Assembly (NCBI RefSeq): GCF_963921235.1
Contig: NC_086097.1
Coordinates: forward strand, 143,284,001 to 143,348,000
DNA: 64,000 nt
From: Mobula hypostoma
Lineage: Eukaryota
Direction of reading: 5' to 3'
In this document: positions 36,166 through 50,780 of the stretch, piece after piece
How positions within the stretch are numbered: the stretch's first letter is position 1
How the letters are laid out: each line of letters opens with the position of its first letter
The notes under the pieces: model-generated
Seen by the model: the letters and a program-made list of their open reading frames with translations, nothing else
Told to the model about the DNA's origin: nothing
Databases searched by the model: none
Made by a program: the position numbers and the translations under genes

Positions 36166-37449
36166 CAGGTTTCCCCCGCTGTCCGAAGGTGGAGCGTTCC
36201 TATGAAATGGTTCGTAAGCCGGAATGTCGTAAAGCGAAGAAACAATTACCATTTATTAATATGGGAAAAATTTGAGCATTCCCAGACTCAAAAAAAACCT
36301 ACAAAATCATGCCAAATAACACATAAAACCCAAAATAACAGTAACATATAGTAAAAGCAGGAACGGTATGATAAATACACAGCCTATATAAAGTAGAAAT
36401 ACTTTTCTGCAGCACTGTCTAGTGCAGCGCAAATCTCACGGCAGCACTCTCGGCGGAAGCGCTCTCAGCAGAAACACGGCGCAAGCGCTCTCGGCAGATA
36501 CACTCTCTCCAGTAACCTTTAAGCTACAAAGCTGCCAAATCATACCAAATAACACATAAAAATACACAGCCTATATAAAGTAGAAATAATGTATGTACAG
36601 TGTAGTTTCACTTACCGGAATCGGGAAGACTCCAATAAATTGCAGTTTCGTCACAGTTAAACACTTGCTTATACGAATAACCATCTTCTGTAATTATTTT
36701 CTTCAGTTCTGCTGGGAACTTTTCGGCAGCTTCAGTATCAACCAAAGCACTCTCTCTGGTAAACGTTAAACTATGAAGCTGCCCTCGCCTCAGAAACCCA
36801 TCAAACCACCCATGACTACCTTTAAATTCCACTTTTGCAACATTTTCATCGCCATCGTCCAATGCTTTCTGTTTCAGCTTATTAAAAAGGCTGACTGATT
36901 TCTCCTTAAGTAGAAGAAAACTTAACGGAACACCACTTGTACACCCATCAATTCACTCAAGCAATAGACTTTCCATTTTATCCATTATTGGATGCCAACT
37001 AAGAGAGAGACCACTTTGCTACGAGCAGAACCAACAGTTACATCGACAGCTTTCAAAATTCTTTCTCTCTGCATATAAATAGTGCGAATGGTGGACGCAG
37101 GCAAGTTCAACGCGTGAACAGTGACCTTACTTTGTTCACCACAATCGAAACGCTTAATTATGTCTAGTTTTACGCTAAGCGTAACACCCTTACGAGCTCT
37201 TTTAGGCTTTTCCAATACGTTAGAACTCATCTTGCTAACGGATGCACAAAATAAATCGAGATAAAGCACGTGTTTAAGCAATGGCGGCTAGAGTGCGGTT
37301 CCGGGGGAGGAGCTTGGCTGTTTGGGTGCGCACTGCCTTTTTTCGTAACAGTGAAAACACCTTCTGTTAGCAAAAACAGGTAACTAATGAAGGTCTTTCG
37401 TAACAGCGAGGTGACGTAAAGCGAACGTTCGGAAAATGGGGGCCACCTG
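36166..37449 (-). mobile_element. Tigger/pogo DNA transposon, internally deleted
   Basis: TA TSDs; TIRs caggtttcccccgctgtccgaa / ttcggaaaatgggggccacctg; CENP-B-like HTH (RKGVTLSVKLDIIKR), FKGSHGWF and VFNCDETAIYW motifs. Confidence 0.9.
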
Positions 37450-37661
37450 TACACAATGTCAGATTTCACATTTGATTTTAGGCTTGTTTTCTTTTTGGCA
37501 TCTTTTCTTTAGTAGTATGAAAGGTGTTGACATGACAGGAAACTCCCTTGCCTGTAATTCGAAGTAGGGTTTTACCAGCAGAATGCCATCTTGCTGTGGT
37601 TCCATGTCACCTTGATTGAAATACTATTACTACTAAAAGGTTATGGTTTCTTTGTCCGCAG

Positions 37662-37773
37662 ATGGAGAAGTTCTGATGGATTCTGAGAGTAAGCCTCTTG
37701 CCCTCCAGGAGTACACAGCCTTGCACATAATTCAACCTGAGGGGACAATGAGCCTTCCCTCTGGAGCCAAGAG
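37662..37773 (+). CDS. TBRG4: TBRG4 exon 9
   Basis: ccgcag|(D)GEVLMDSESKPLALQEYTALHIIQPEGTMSLPSGAK(R)|gtaaag; 112 nt. Confidence 0.92.
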
Positions 37774-37843
37774 GTAAAGAGTGAGCATACACTGATACAG
37801 TAAATAGCTGCATGTCACTTGGAATTTAGTGTTCCCCAAAATG

Positions 37844-38200
37844 ATAGAAACATAGAAAACCTACAGCACATTACAGGCCCTTCAGCCCACGCAGTTGTGC
37901 TGAACATGACCCTACCTAAGAAATGACTAGGGTTACCCATAGCCCTCTATTTTTCTAGGCTCCATGTACCTATCCAAAAGTCTGTTAAAAGACCCTATTG
38001 TATCCGCCTCCACCACCGTTGCCGGCAGCCCATTCCACACACTCGCCACTCTCTGCGTTTAAAAAAAAACTTGACATCTCCTCTGTACTTACTCCCAAGC
38101 ACCTTAAACCTGTGCCCTCTTGTGGCAGCCATTTCAGCCCTGGGAAAAAGCCTCTGACCATCCACACGATCAATGCCTCTCATCATCTTATACACCTCTA
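37844..38200 (-). mobile_element. CR1 3' end
   Basis: YKMMRGIDRVDGQRLFP..TRGHRFKV. Confidence 0.85.
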
Positions 38201-38504
38201 ATAGAAAGTAAAATAATAGAAATGTTACTGTAATGATGGAGGCTACTCAGCCTATTCACCCCATGTTATCTCACCGCAAATCAGTCTGTTCAATCCCACT
38301 TCTCAAAACTTCCTCTCAATAATTTATCTAGTTTTCCTTTGAAATTGCCAATTGATTTTATTTCCAATTGATCATGTAGACCAGGTGATGAATACTTGCT
38401 ATGAGAAATGGTTTTCTTCATGTAACTTCTAGCCCTTCTGCCAATTGTTTTAAATTGATGCCCATTTGTTCTTGACCAGTAGCATTTAATATGGTGCTGA
38501 TTCA

Positions 38505-39500
38505 AAGATTTTTAAGGAAAATAGAAGCTCATGACATAAGAGTTGGTTGCTAATAAATATCAATTCAGTTTAAATGGTTCTTTTTCTGATTGGTCAGATA
38601 TCATCTGTGGTATGCCAGAAGAATTGGTGTTGAGGCTTCAACTTCTTACAATTTTACGTTTTATATAAATAAATTTGGATGAAAGCATCATAGGGTATGT
38701 TGCTAAAATTGTTGATGACATGAGGATTGGTGGAAGGTAAACTGTGATGATTTGAGGGAGTTAGCAAGGAATATATATGGATTAAGACTGGGCAAAGAAG
38801 GAAACATGAAATTGTCCATTTTAGTGGGAAAAATTGTAACTAAGTGTATTACCTAACTGTGAGAGATTACATAGTACTGAGATTAGGAAGTGTCTTAGTG
38901 CATAATTCGCAGAAGTCCAGAGTGCAAGTGCAACAAGTAATTGGGAAAGTAAATCAAATGTTACTGTTTGCTGCTTGTGGAATTGAATATAAAAACAGGA
39001 TGATTATGTTGAAGTTGCATCAGGCATTGGTAAGACCTCATCTAGAGTCCTCTGTACAGTATTGGTTCAGAGGAAGTTTATTAGACCACTATATGAAGTA
39101 GGCAGGTTATCCGGTGAATACAAGGCATAGCCTATTAAGGTTAGATAGGCTAGCCTTTATATTTACTGAGTTTAGAAGAGTCAGAAGGGATTTAATTGAA
39201 ACAGGGTCCTAAGAGTTATCGACAGGATGGATGTGGAGAGAATGCTCCCTTTTATTGTGGGAGATTCTGAAAGTAGTAATTGTTTAAAATCAAGGGGTCA
39301 CATATTTAGCACTGGTGAAATAAAAATTTATCAGAGTGTCATAAGTCTTTTAAACTTTCTTTAAAGGGCCATAGAAGCAGAAGCTTTGCTAGGTAGATGG
39401 ATTCTGGAAATGTAGTGGAGTGACAGGTAGTGTGGAGTAGTTTGCAAGTTGAAGTCACTGTCACATCAGGCATGATCTGATTATATGGCTACACATCCTA
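38505..39500 (+). mobile_element. Old CR1 relic
   Basis: KLHQALVRPHLESSVQYW and other decayed CR1 motifs. Confidence 0.7.
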
Positions 39501-40544
39501 ATTCAGCTTTTTTATGCAGTTTTGTATTCTCTTAACTGCCTAGATTCTTTTTGATTTTGAAACCTCTACCATGTCACCTTTCAACCTTCTGGTGTGCAAG
39601 GAGAACAACTCCAGCTTCTCTGGTTTATTTATAACTAATTAAAACTTTGTAGTCAATAGGTACTGGGCTTCTCTTTGCATCTTTTATTGGAGCAATTGAA
39701 GGAATGCATGTGCTCTTATAGCCTCAATATTGGAACGAAACTGCCTTTAATGCTAATTCATTTTACCCTTCAGTGATCTTTTGCATATAATTCACAAAAG
39801 CATGCAATGAGGCTTTCTGCATTGTATACTACCCCCAGAACAAAGCAGCTTATCTGCTTGCTGTATTTCATTCCCCCCCCCCCTCCCCACCACCTCCTAC
39901 ATTTGGAGGTGTGGGCAGAAAGCCCAGATACTCTATGAACAGATCCCCTTGTATTATTACACAGAGCCCTTCCACTCCCATCAACCAAAGAAATAAACTA
40001 TACAGGAGAAAGTAAATTCTTCATTCACTCTTTTATGATTTCCATAGCTTTTATTGTTACCTGAAGTGGATGGTAAGGTCACGTAGTTTTTGCTGAGGTA
40101 CAGTGGTTGGTAGAATGTGATCCTGTCTTCGAACTGATTGGCAGTTATTTATTACCTTTAACAAACAGCACAGGGTGTCCTAAGTGCTTTTATGTAAAGA
40201 AGCAGTCTTTAAAAGTTAGTTACTTTGTCAGAAGTAGCATGTTAGAAGTTTATGGCCCCTGTTTAGTTGGAATCAATACATCTCAGGTTAGTACCAGCTC
40301 TATATTTCGCCAGTACTCATGGGTGATGCTGACTTGAATATTGGAACAAGCATGAAATTTGCTGTGCCTACAATTAAGTAGAGTGTACGGATGCTGTAAG
40401 AGACATCAACAAATGTGTAAGTTATTGTGGAATAGTTTATGTGACAACTTCTTGTGATACATTCTGTGTGGACTTACTTTATTGTTGTTTCCATGCAAGT
40501 TTTGCAGTTCTAGTCTCCATCTGAACACCTCTTTAAATTCACAG

Positions 40545-40659
40545 ATTGGCGCTCATGGCTAGGGAATATCCAAATTACATGTCACGAAGCCGAGATTTGT
40601 TAGGACGGTTTGCAATGGCTCGTCGGCACTTGAAGGTTGCTGGATTCTTGGTTGTGGAT
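40545..40659 (+). CDS. TBRG4: TBRG4 exon 10 (RAP domain)
   Basis: cacag|[38 protein letters not shown]|gtaagt; 115 nt. Confidence 0.95.
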
Positions 40660-41919
40660 GTAAGTCTCCAACTCTGAAGTAAGAGTAAACCATCTTTCTA
40701 AAAGTTCCTAAAATGCACAGGAGGAAAATCAAAAATATTTAGCTGGTAGCTCATGAGACAGGTATTAAAAAGCATTGGAGAATATTAACTGTTGCTTATG
40801 TTTGGCAAGGATAATGTCCACAAATGCCTTGAAGACAAAGACTGAACACCAGCAGAATTATAGGAGCTACCTGTATTAAAATGGGATAAAAACAAACAAG
40901 GGTCCTCTCTGCATATATTTTAACACTCCACAGATTTTTGGGCTTTAATATTGCTTTTAATAGCTTTGTACCTTACCTATGGTTTTTTTTAGGAGGGAAG
41001 GATGAATCAGTATTAACAATTTTAAGTATCAGAACAACTTAAGCATTCTCAATATTATCTGGCAGGAATCAGGTGCTAAAGAATCCTAATGAATCTCAAA
41101 TAGAGAGTTCAAATAGTCAGTCCCAGACTCTTAATACTATACAGTAAACAGTTTGATTTTTAAAAAAATAATTTCTCATCCTCTACTGTAACAGTGGCAT
41201 TCTGTTTGTCTCCTGTCTTCTCTATGGATCCAGTTTCTCTGCCACATTTGTCCTTCTCTACCCCTTCTAGTCTCTTTTCTGCTGTAAGTTCTTAATCCCT
41301 TCTGTAATATTTCTATTTGTAGTATACTTATTTAAATATTAAGCAATTTTAAAATAAACTAATTGTCTTTTTATCAGCACTTCATCCTCATTGCAGTACT
41401 TTATACTTGACACTCCTTCTGTGGCTTCTGATCCACTTTAAGTTCTGCTTCTTGGTTGTTAAGCTCATTTACTGCTATATTGTTACCTTGTCTGTTGTCT
41501 CCCAGGAATTTTTTTGCTTTTCTTTTAGATTTGACCTTGCTTTCTTTTGTAATTTTTTTTGAGTTCAACCTGTAAATCACCTACTGTTTGTTGTAAATGT
41601 AAATAATGTGATTCATTCTATTAGATTCTTGCCTTTATTTGTAAGTTATTCAATGCAATTGGACATCTGTCCTCTGAACTTATTCAGTTCTGAACTGGTT
41701 TTTTCCTCTATGTAGATATTAATCTCTGTAAATTATACCAATTGCTTGCTTAAAAACCATCAGATATCTATTATTTAATATATTAATTGCACAAAGCCCT
41801 CAAGTTGAGTACAAATAATCCATGGATAAGTAATTTCTTCTGTACATGATACTTGGGTGTTGAGAAAATAATGTGTTTGTTGTACCCATCCACTGTTTTG
41901 GCTCCATCTTTCTCTGCAG

Positions 41920-42021
41920 GTGCCATATTATGATTGGCTTGAACTGAAGTCAGAGTGGCAGAAGGTTGCATACTTGAAGGACAAAATGAGCAAAGCCATA
42001 GCGGAAGAAATGGCACAGTGA
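41920..42021 (+). CDS. TBRG4: TBRG4 exon 11 (last coding exon)
   Basis: ctgcag|[33 protein letters not shown]; close to the recalled human [23 protein letters not shown]. Joined CDS is 1911 nt with consistent phases. Confidence 0.95.
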   Translation: MPYYDWLELKSEWQKVAYLKDKMSKAIAEEMAQ

Positions 42022-42432
42022 AACACAGAGATCTGCCTCTCTGCGCTGTGAATCTTGCTTGAAGCTAGGCTGTGAAGACAGAAGTTCCTTCTAGAATGCA
42101 TGTGATAAAGAGCAGTGGAGTCAATGATTTTCATTGTACATACTATATTTTAAATTAAAGGAATCCATTGGTTCTGCAGTTTGTATTTGAGAGGTGGAGA
42201 GATTTTATTTGCTAGGTATATGCAGTCCTGTTTAGCTTTGGAGCACCCAGCTCCCTATAATTCCCAATTTCACCTATTTAATCCCTTTGCGTGGAAGTAA
42301 AACTCCTTTGTTTTATCCAATTCTATACATAATGAGTAATGGTGACCAATACTTAAGATTCAAAAGACCAAATCATTAGAAGTCAACTACACTTTAAAGT
42401 CTGAAGTTTGAATTTTTTTTGTATTTTGGAGC

Positions 42433-42438
42433 AATAAA
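42433..42438 (+). terminator. TBRG4: TBRG4 polyadenylation signal
   Basis: AATAAA ~410 nt after the stop, followed by U-rich sequence. Confidence 0.6.
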
Positions 42439-42829
42439 AAGTTTCCTTTGTTTAGATTTATAAGACCAGTAATTTTATTGCTTTATTTCCCCTCATTCCT
42501 TCTACACCTTCAAATCTGCATTCAATCAAGACAAGATATGCACTGAGCTTCTGCCTAGCCTGGGTTCAAAGTACATAAACGTAATGATATGCAACCCTGA
42601 GATTCATTTTCTCGTGGGAAATCACAATAAATTCAAGAAACACAGTAGGATCAATGAAAGACTACACCCAACAGGACGGACAACAACCAACGTGCAAAAC
42701 AAACAACAAACTGCAAATACAAAAATAAAAAAATAATAAGTAAACAATAAATATCAAGAACATGAGATGAGGAATTCTTGAAAGTGTTGAATAGGTTGTG
42801 GGAAAATTTCAATGATTGGGGCAAGTGAA

Positions 42830-45800
42830 GTTATTCACTTTGGTTCAAGAGCCTGATTGTTGAAGGGTGATAACTATTCCTGAACCTGGTGGTGCGGGTC
42901 CTGGGGATCCTTGATGACGGATGCTGCTTTCCTGCGACAGCAGTCCGTGTGGATGTGCTCAATGGTGGGGAGGGCTTTACTGGACCATATCTATCATCTT
43001 TTTGCCAGCTTTTCCATACAAGGGCATTAGTGTTTCCGTATTTGGCTATGATGAAACCAGTTAATATACTCTCCACCACACATTTATTGAAGTTCATCAA
43101 AGTTTTAGATGACATGCTTATCTGAAAGCAGAGGTGGTGATGTGCTTTATTCATAATTGCACTTACGTGCTGGACCCAGGTCAGATTCTCTGAAATGATA
43201 ACACCAAACAATTTAAAGTTACTGAGCGTCTCTGCCTCTGATTTCCCCAATGGGGACTGGCTCATGGACCTCTGGTTTCCTCCTCCTGAAATCAATAATC
43301 ATCTTGGTCTTGATGGCATTGAGTGAGATTACTGTTGTGGCACCACTCAGCCAGAGTTTAATTTTCCCTCCCATATGCTGATTTGTCACCACCTTTGATT
43401 TGGCCAACAACAGTAGTATCACCAGCAAACATAAAAATGTCATTGGAGCTGTGCTTAGCCTCACAGTTCTAAGTATAAAGAGAGTAGAGCGCACAGCCTT
43501 GTGGTGCATCTGTGCTGAGGGAGATTGTGGAGGAGATGTTGCCAATCTGAACTGAACAGAGTCTGCAAGTTGCACGTGGAGGTATTGAGGTCTGGACTTG
43601 AAGCTTATTGATTAGTTTTGAGGGGATGATAGTATTGAATGCTGATCTGTCATCACCGAAGAGCATCCTGATGAATGCGTCTTTACTGTCCAGCTGATCC
43701 AGGATTGAGTGAAGAACCAATGAATGGCATCTGTTGTTGACCTGTCGTGACAGTAGCTGAATTAGAGTTGATCCAAGTTGCTTCTCAGACGAGAGTTGAT
43801 GGGCTTCATCACCGACCTCTCACAGCACTTCACAGTGGATGTAAGTGCAACTGGATAGGTTACCACATTCTTAAGCACTGGTATAATTGAAGTCTACCTG
43901 AAGCAGGTCAGTACCAAAAACTGCTGAAGTGAGAGGTTAAAGATTAATCGGTGAACACTCCAGCCAGTTGGTCAGCACAGGTCTTTAGTACTCGGTCAGG
44001 TACCCCATCTGGGCTGGATGCTTTCTGTGGGTTCACCCTCCTGAAGGATGCTCTCACTAGTAGTATGCCTGATGTTGTAGTGTGTGAAGGAAAAGAAGTG
44101 AGTGCAGTTACTATTACAAGGGAGAAGGTGCTCAAAAAGCTGAAAGACCTAAAGGTACGCAAGTCACCCGGACCGGATGAACTGCACCCTGGGGTTCTGA
44201 AAGAAGTGGTGTTAGAGATTGTGGTGGCATTAGAAATGATCTTTCAAAAATCATTGAACTCTGGCATGGTGCCAGAGGACTGGAAAATTGCAAATTTCAC
44301 TCCACTCTCTAAGAAAGGAGGAAGGCAGCAGAAAGAAAATTGTAGACCAGTTAGCCTGACCTTGGGGGTTGGAAAGATGTTAAAGAGTCAATTGTTAAGG
44401 ATGACACAGAACAAAATAGTACAAAGTCAGCAGGGTTTCCTTCAGGGAAAATCCTGCCTGATGAACCTGTTGGAATTCTTTGAAGAGATGACAAGTAGGA
44501 TAGCTAAAGAGGATACAATGGATGTTGTAATATTTGGACTTTCAGAAGGCCTTTGACAAGGTGCCACACAAGAGGCTGCTTACCAAGTTAAGAGCCTATG
44601 GTATTACAGGAAAGTTACTAACATGGTTAGAGCGTTGGCTGATTGGTAGGAGGCAGGGAGTGGGAATAAAAGGATCCTTTTCTGGCTGGCTGCCAGTGAC
44701 TAGTGGTGTGCCACAGGGGTCGGTGTTGGGACCACTTCTTTTTATGCTGTATATAAAGGTTTAGATGATGAAATACATAGCTTTGTTTCCAAGTTTGCAG
44801 ATGATATGAAGATTGGTGTAGGAGCAGGTAGTGTTGAGGAAACAGGTAGGATGCAGAAGGACTTAGGACCATAGGCAAGGAAGTGGCAGATGAAATACAA
44901 TGTTGGAAAATGCATGATCATGTACTTTGGTGGTAGAAATAGATGTGTGGACTATTTTCTAGACAGGGAGAAAATCCAAAAAATATGAGATGCAAAGGGA
45001 CTTCAGAGTCTTTGTGCAGAGCACCTAAAGTTAACTTGCAGGTTGAGTTGGTGGTGAGGAAGGCAAATGCCATGTTAGTGTTCATTTCAAGAGGTCCAGA
45101 ATACAAGAGCAAGGATGTGATACTGAGGCTTTATAAGGCACTGGTGAGGCCTCACCTTGAGTATTGTGAACAGTTTTGGGCCCCTCATCTTAGAAAAGTT
45201 GTGCTGGCATTGGAGAGGGTCCAGAAGAGGTTCACAATGAAAGGGTTATCATATGAGGAACGTTTGATGGCTCTGGGTCTGTACTTGCTGGAATTCAGAA
45301 GGATGAGGGGGGATCTCATTGAAACCTTTTGAATGTTGAAAGGCCTAGACAGAGTAGATGTGGAAAGGATGTTTCCCATGGTGGGAGTCTAGGACAAGAG
45401 GGCACAGCCTCAGGATAGAGGGATGCCCTTTCAAATAAGAGATGGGGAGATATTTCTTTAGCCAAAGGGTGGTGAATTTGTGGAATTTGTTGCCACATGC
45501 AGCTGTGGAGGCCAGGTCGTTGGGTGTACTTAAAGCAGAGATTGATAGGTTCTTGATTGGACATGGCATCAAAGGTTTTGGGGAGAAGGTTAGGAACTGG
45601 GGTTGAGGAGGAGAAAATAAAAGCATCAGCTGTGATTGAATGGTGGAGCAGACTTGATGTGCCAGATGGCCTAATTCTGCTTCCTATGTCTTATGTAGAC
45701 CTCAGAGACTGAAATCACAGGGTCATCCGGGTCTGCGGAAGTCTGTGAAGGTTCCTCCACGTTTTGATGGTCAAACTGAACATAAAAGGCGTTGAGCTCA

Positions 45801-46900
45801 TCTGGAAGCAAAGCCTTACCTATGTTGCTTAGTTTCAGTTTGTAGTGGGTAACAGCATTCAAGCCCTGCTACAGCTGTCCAGCAGCCTTGAGTGATTCAC
45901 ATTTGGTCCAGAATTGCCACTTTGCGTGTGAGATGGCTTTTTGGACCTCTTGACCAGACCTGAATGCCACTGATCTGGCCCTCAGCAGACTGTAGATCTC
46001 AGAGTTCATCCAGGGCTTCTGGTTAGGGAAGACTGAGTTATTTTTGGGGACACCCTCATCTATGACTGTTTGTATGAGGTCTGTAGCAACCGTGGTGTAT
46101 TCGTTCAGATCCTCTGTGTCCTTGAACGTGGTCCAGTCTGCTGAATCAAAGCAATCCCACAGCTGTTCCTCAGCTTCCCACAACCACTTTGTTGTCTTTA
46201 TCTCTGGAGCCTTGCTCTTTAGCGTCTGCCTGTATGCAGGTAGGGGTAGAACAGCTAAGTGATCAGATTTCCTGAAATGCAGTCAAGGCAAGGAACAGTT
46301 GGCATTCCTAATCGTAATGTTACAGTCGTTGAGTGTGTTGGGACCCCTGGCATTGCAGGTGATATGTTGATAATTATTGGGCAAAGATTTATTCAAACAA
46401 GCCAGATTGAAGTCCCCGACAAAGATGTGAAAGTCATCTTTCTTGTTTGCTAATCTCAGCAGTCACTACATCGATCACTCTGTTTAACATCTGCCTTTGA
46501 TGGTATGTAAACTGTGGTCAGGATCACAGAGGAGAACTTCCTTGGTCAGTAGAATGGTCGGCACTTAATCATCAGATGTTCCAGATTGGGGGAACAAGAG
46601 TGGACCAGACTGCTACTTCCAAACACCACAAAGCATTTATCATGAAACACAAGGCTCCACCTTTTGCCTTCTCTGAATTACATATCTGGTCCATCTGGTG
46701 TATCAAGAAGCTCTTGCGTCTTACCACGCATCTGGTGTGTCCAGAGTGAGCCATGTCTCTGTGAAATACAGAACATTGCAATTCCTCATTTTCCTCCAAT
46801 ACAACAATCTTGCCCTTAGGTCCTCAGTCTTGTTCTTCAGCGACTATACATTTTCTAACAAGATGCTGGGTAGAGAAATGTTTAGTCTGGCTTGGAGTTC
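42830..46900 (-). mobile_element. Rex1/Babar LINE split by a CR1 insertion
   Basis: RMLF..SAFNTIIPSKL, SFRRVNPQKASSPDG, FPNQKPWMN, LPDELNAFY; the reading continues across the CR1 insertion. Confidence 0.85.
44058..45694 (+). mobile_element. CR1 LINE 3' part
   Basis: KSPGPDELHP, PEDWKIAN, DFQKAFDKVPH, GVPQGSVLGP, LYKALVRPHLEYC. Confidence 0.92.
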
Positions 46901-48149
46901 TCTCTTTTGGTCATGGTGATGTCCCTTCAACCACTTAAAGGTGCCTTTAAGCATTTGAATGTCAGGTGAAGGCAGGATTAGGTTGATTATCTTATCTGAA
47001 GTAAGAACACTGGTTGAATTAAGTGTGAACAACCAATACTTGCAGGCTAGTATCCAAAGAGAAGCAGCTTGTTTACTGAAATGTATATCATGTTAATTCT
47101 TTATTTGTTATTAACTTGATTTCCTGCAGCACATAAGCAGGACCACTCCCCTACCCTATTCCTTTACTTTTTTCAGATAAGTGAATGATAAATACATAAA
47201 ATTTGACAGAGATACAAGAAACGACTTGAATGGATGACCAGGACCTTTGTTGGAGAGGAACATTTTAAGGATTGCTTTGAATAATGAAAGCTGGTGGAGA
47301 GATTTAGGCAGAGAATTCCTGAGCACCGGTAACTGAAATCATCGGTGGCAGTTTTGGTACAATTATATTTTGAATAATCACAAGCCGGATGTGTAAGTGG
47401 ATGGACATCTCGGAGAGTAGTAAGGCAAGAAGAAATGACAGAGGTAAGATGGGGAACTTTGAAGACAAGGACAAGAAATATAAAATCATTAAGTTGCTTA
47501 AGCCAGTTCCTTCTGAGAATTTTGAGCACCAGGCTGATGAGTAGTTAGGGAAAGTCTTGAATGGCCTAAAGCTTATGGAGTTTAGAATGACCACCTGGAA
47601 TTTCCCTGTCTGCAGTGTAGAAACGTGTGGCTAAGGGTTTACAACAGATGAATTGAGGTGTGTACTGAGTTGGGACATATTAGAATAATAGAATCACTTA
47701 GCAGAGAAACAGGCCATTTAGCCCAGCTCGTCCATGTTCACCACTAGTGGGCACCGTCTGTACTCATCCTGCCACCCAGCATATGGTCCATACTGTGCTC
47801 ATTTAGACATTCCTTAAATCCTGTCAGCAAACTTGCTTCAACCACTATCAGTGCATTTCAGGTACTTACCACACTCAGGTGAAGGTGGTGTTATGAAGTG
47901 ACATCACAGTTCTGCATTAAGATGTGGTCTGGAGTTTATTTCCTGGTCAAATATAATGTCAAAGTTACATACAGTATGATTAAGACACTAAGGAATAGAA
48001 TTAGTAACTAGCAAACTAAAGTTGTGGTAATGACTAAAGAAAATTAAAAATATCAATCTGGTTTATTATCACACATCATGAAATTTGTTGTTTTGTGAGC
48101 AGTACAGTGCAAGACATAAAATATACTATAAGTTACAAATATAAATAGT

Positions 48150-50070
48150 GAAAAAGAGAATAACATGGACCCTTTTAGAAATCTGATGGTGGAGGGAAAG
48201 AAGCTGTCCCAAAATGCTGAGTGTGGGTCCTCAGGCCCACCTCCTGCTCATTGGTATTAATATGAAGAGGCATTTTCCAGATGGCGAGAGTCCCTAAAGA
48301 TGAACGCTGCCTTATTGAGATACATCTTTTGAAGTTGTTCTCATTCGTGGGGAGAATTGCGCCTGTGATGGAACTGGCTAAGTCTACAACCCTCTGCAGC
48401 TTTTTCAGTCCTAGTCATGGGAGTCTCCATACCAGGCAGTGTTGTGCCTGTCAGAATGCTCTAACTTTACATCTGTAGAAGTTTGCAAGAGTCTTACCAA
48501 ATAGTCCCAAACTTCTAAGGTACAGTCATTGGCATACCACCTTCATGATTGTATCAATGTGTTAGGTCCAAGGTAGATGCTCTGAGATGACGACTCCCAG
48601 TAAGTTGAAGCTGCTGACTCCTCAATGAGGACTGGTGTGTTTTCTCCAAACTTCCCTTTCATGAAGCCCAAAATTAATTCCTTAGTCTTGCGAGGTTGTT
48701 GTAACACCACTCAACCAGCTTATCTAGTTCTGTACGCATCCATGTGGACGTCTTAGATTCTGCCAACGACAGTGGTGTTGTCAACTGATTTATAGATGGC
48801 TTTTGAGTTCAAGATTCAGGATTGATTAATGATATTTCCAGTACACAAGTATAAAGGAGAACAAAATTATTGTTACTCTGGTTCAGATGCAGTCAACAAT
48901 ACAATAAATATAAATACATAAATTATATACATATACTGTGTACACAGCAGGTACAGGAGTGTCTGTGCCTAATATGACTGGCAGGAAATGATAAGGTAGT
49001 GGCAGTGGGGCATGGGGTGAGTTAGTGCGTGGAAATGTTGATCAAAAGTTTCAAAGATACTTTTACTGTCAGAGAAATGTATACAGTATACCGTGCATCC
49101 TGAAATTCTTTTTCTTCGCACCCATCCACAAAACGAAGGAGTGCCCCTAAGAATAAATAACAGTTAAATGTGGGAACCCCAAAGCCCACCCCAGCTTCCC
49201 CCTCCCCCCAGGCATAAGCAGCAGCAAAGCAATGATTCCCCCCCCACCAGCAAAAAAAAGCATCAGCACCCCCCCTCCACCCAGCACTCAAGCGTGCAGC
49301 AAAGCATCAATAAAGACAGACTTGCAATACCCCAAAGACTACTTGTTCACCCAGTAATTCGACATACTACAGGCTCTCTCTCTCTCCCTATTAAGGGAAA
49401 AAGAGGTGACTCTGTTTCACAGCCTCATTGCTTGGGGGAAAGTAACTGTTTTTGAGTCTGTTGGTCCTGGTGTGGATGCTGCATAATCTCTTCCCTGATG
49501 GGTGTAGGACAAACGGTCCACGAGCAGGGAGGATGGGATCCTTCATGATAATACTGGCATTTTTCTGTATATATGTCCTTTATGGTATGGGGCTTGTGCC
49601 CATGATGTGTTGGGCAGTTTTATCTGCCTATTGTAGAGCCTTGCTGTCCGCCATAGTGCTGTGATGCAGTGTTAGGATGCTCTCTACTACACATCTGTAG
49701 AAGGTCATGAGTGTTGATGTGCATAGTCCAGCACACTTCAGCATTCTCAAGAAGTAGAGGCATTGATGAGCTTTCTTGATTATGTAGGATGTGTTCTGGG
49801 ACCATGAGAGAATGTATGAGATGTGCACTCCCAGGAATTTAAAACTTCTCGCAGTTTCCACTGCTGTGCTACCAATGTAAAGAGTGGTGTGAGTTCTTCT
49901 GAAGTCAATAACCATCTCCCATGTTTTGTTGACATTGAGGAAGAAGTTACTTGCCTGCACCAGGTCTTGAATTCTCCCACCTCCTCTATGTAGGCCTTCT
50001 CGTTGTTGTTGGTGATGAGGCCCACCACTGTTACGTCATTGACGAACAGTCATAGTGAACAGATTGTACA
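48150..50070 (-). mobile_element. Rex1/Babar relics (at least two, with further insertions)
   Basis: LNVNKTWEMVIDFRR..FKFLGVHI..FYRCVVESILT. Confidence 0.7.
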
Positions 50071-50569
50071 GCAGGTTTAGAATGAGTAAACTATTGAATT
50101 ATATAGTCAAGGCTTTAAACCAATAACATGGGGGAGAGGGTGGAAGTATTCAGAAAAGTAAGTTTTAAAACCTGCAAGTGAAATGTCAAATGGCTACAAC
50201 AGCTTTGTGTAGAATAGGCAGTGCACATCTGGAAGAGACAGAAAGTATGAAAAAGGTAATGAGATAACACTATCTACTGTGGCACCTAGGGAAAATAAAA
50301 TCAAAAGTCATACTTAAAAGGCACTGCTTCTGAATGTGCATAACAGATAGAAACTAATAAGTTTCACTAAATGGCTATTGCAAGTCACAATTTCAAAATA
50401 ACCATGCTTGTGAATAAAGAATTTCATGAAACTCAATTGTGAGAGACGATGGACAAAATGGAAATGGATGATGGACAGTCCTGAAAATGGGACAAAGGCG
50501 GTTAAATTAATGGAACTCTGTTTAGGAAATAATTGGGAGATGCTACAAAAAACAAGGGAATTTTTTATA

Positions 50570-50780
50570 AGCAACACACATCAAAGTTGCTGGTGAAGGC
50601 AGCAGGCCAGGCAGCGCCTATAGGAAGAGGTACAGTCGACGTTTCGGGCCGAGACGAAGGGTCTGGGCCTGAAACGTCGACTGTACCTCCTCCTAGAGAT
50701 GCTGCCTGGCCTGCTGCCTTCACCAGCAACTTTGATGTGTGTTGCTTGAATTTCTAGCATCTGCAGATTTCCTCGTGTTT
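50570..50780. mobile_element. PLE fold-back mini-element
   Basis: Same ends as 19706-19938; inverted arms; imperfect TSD gaatttt(c)ttat at ~50558 and 50781. Confidence 0.82.
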
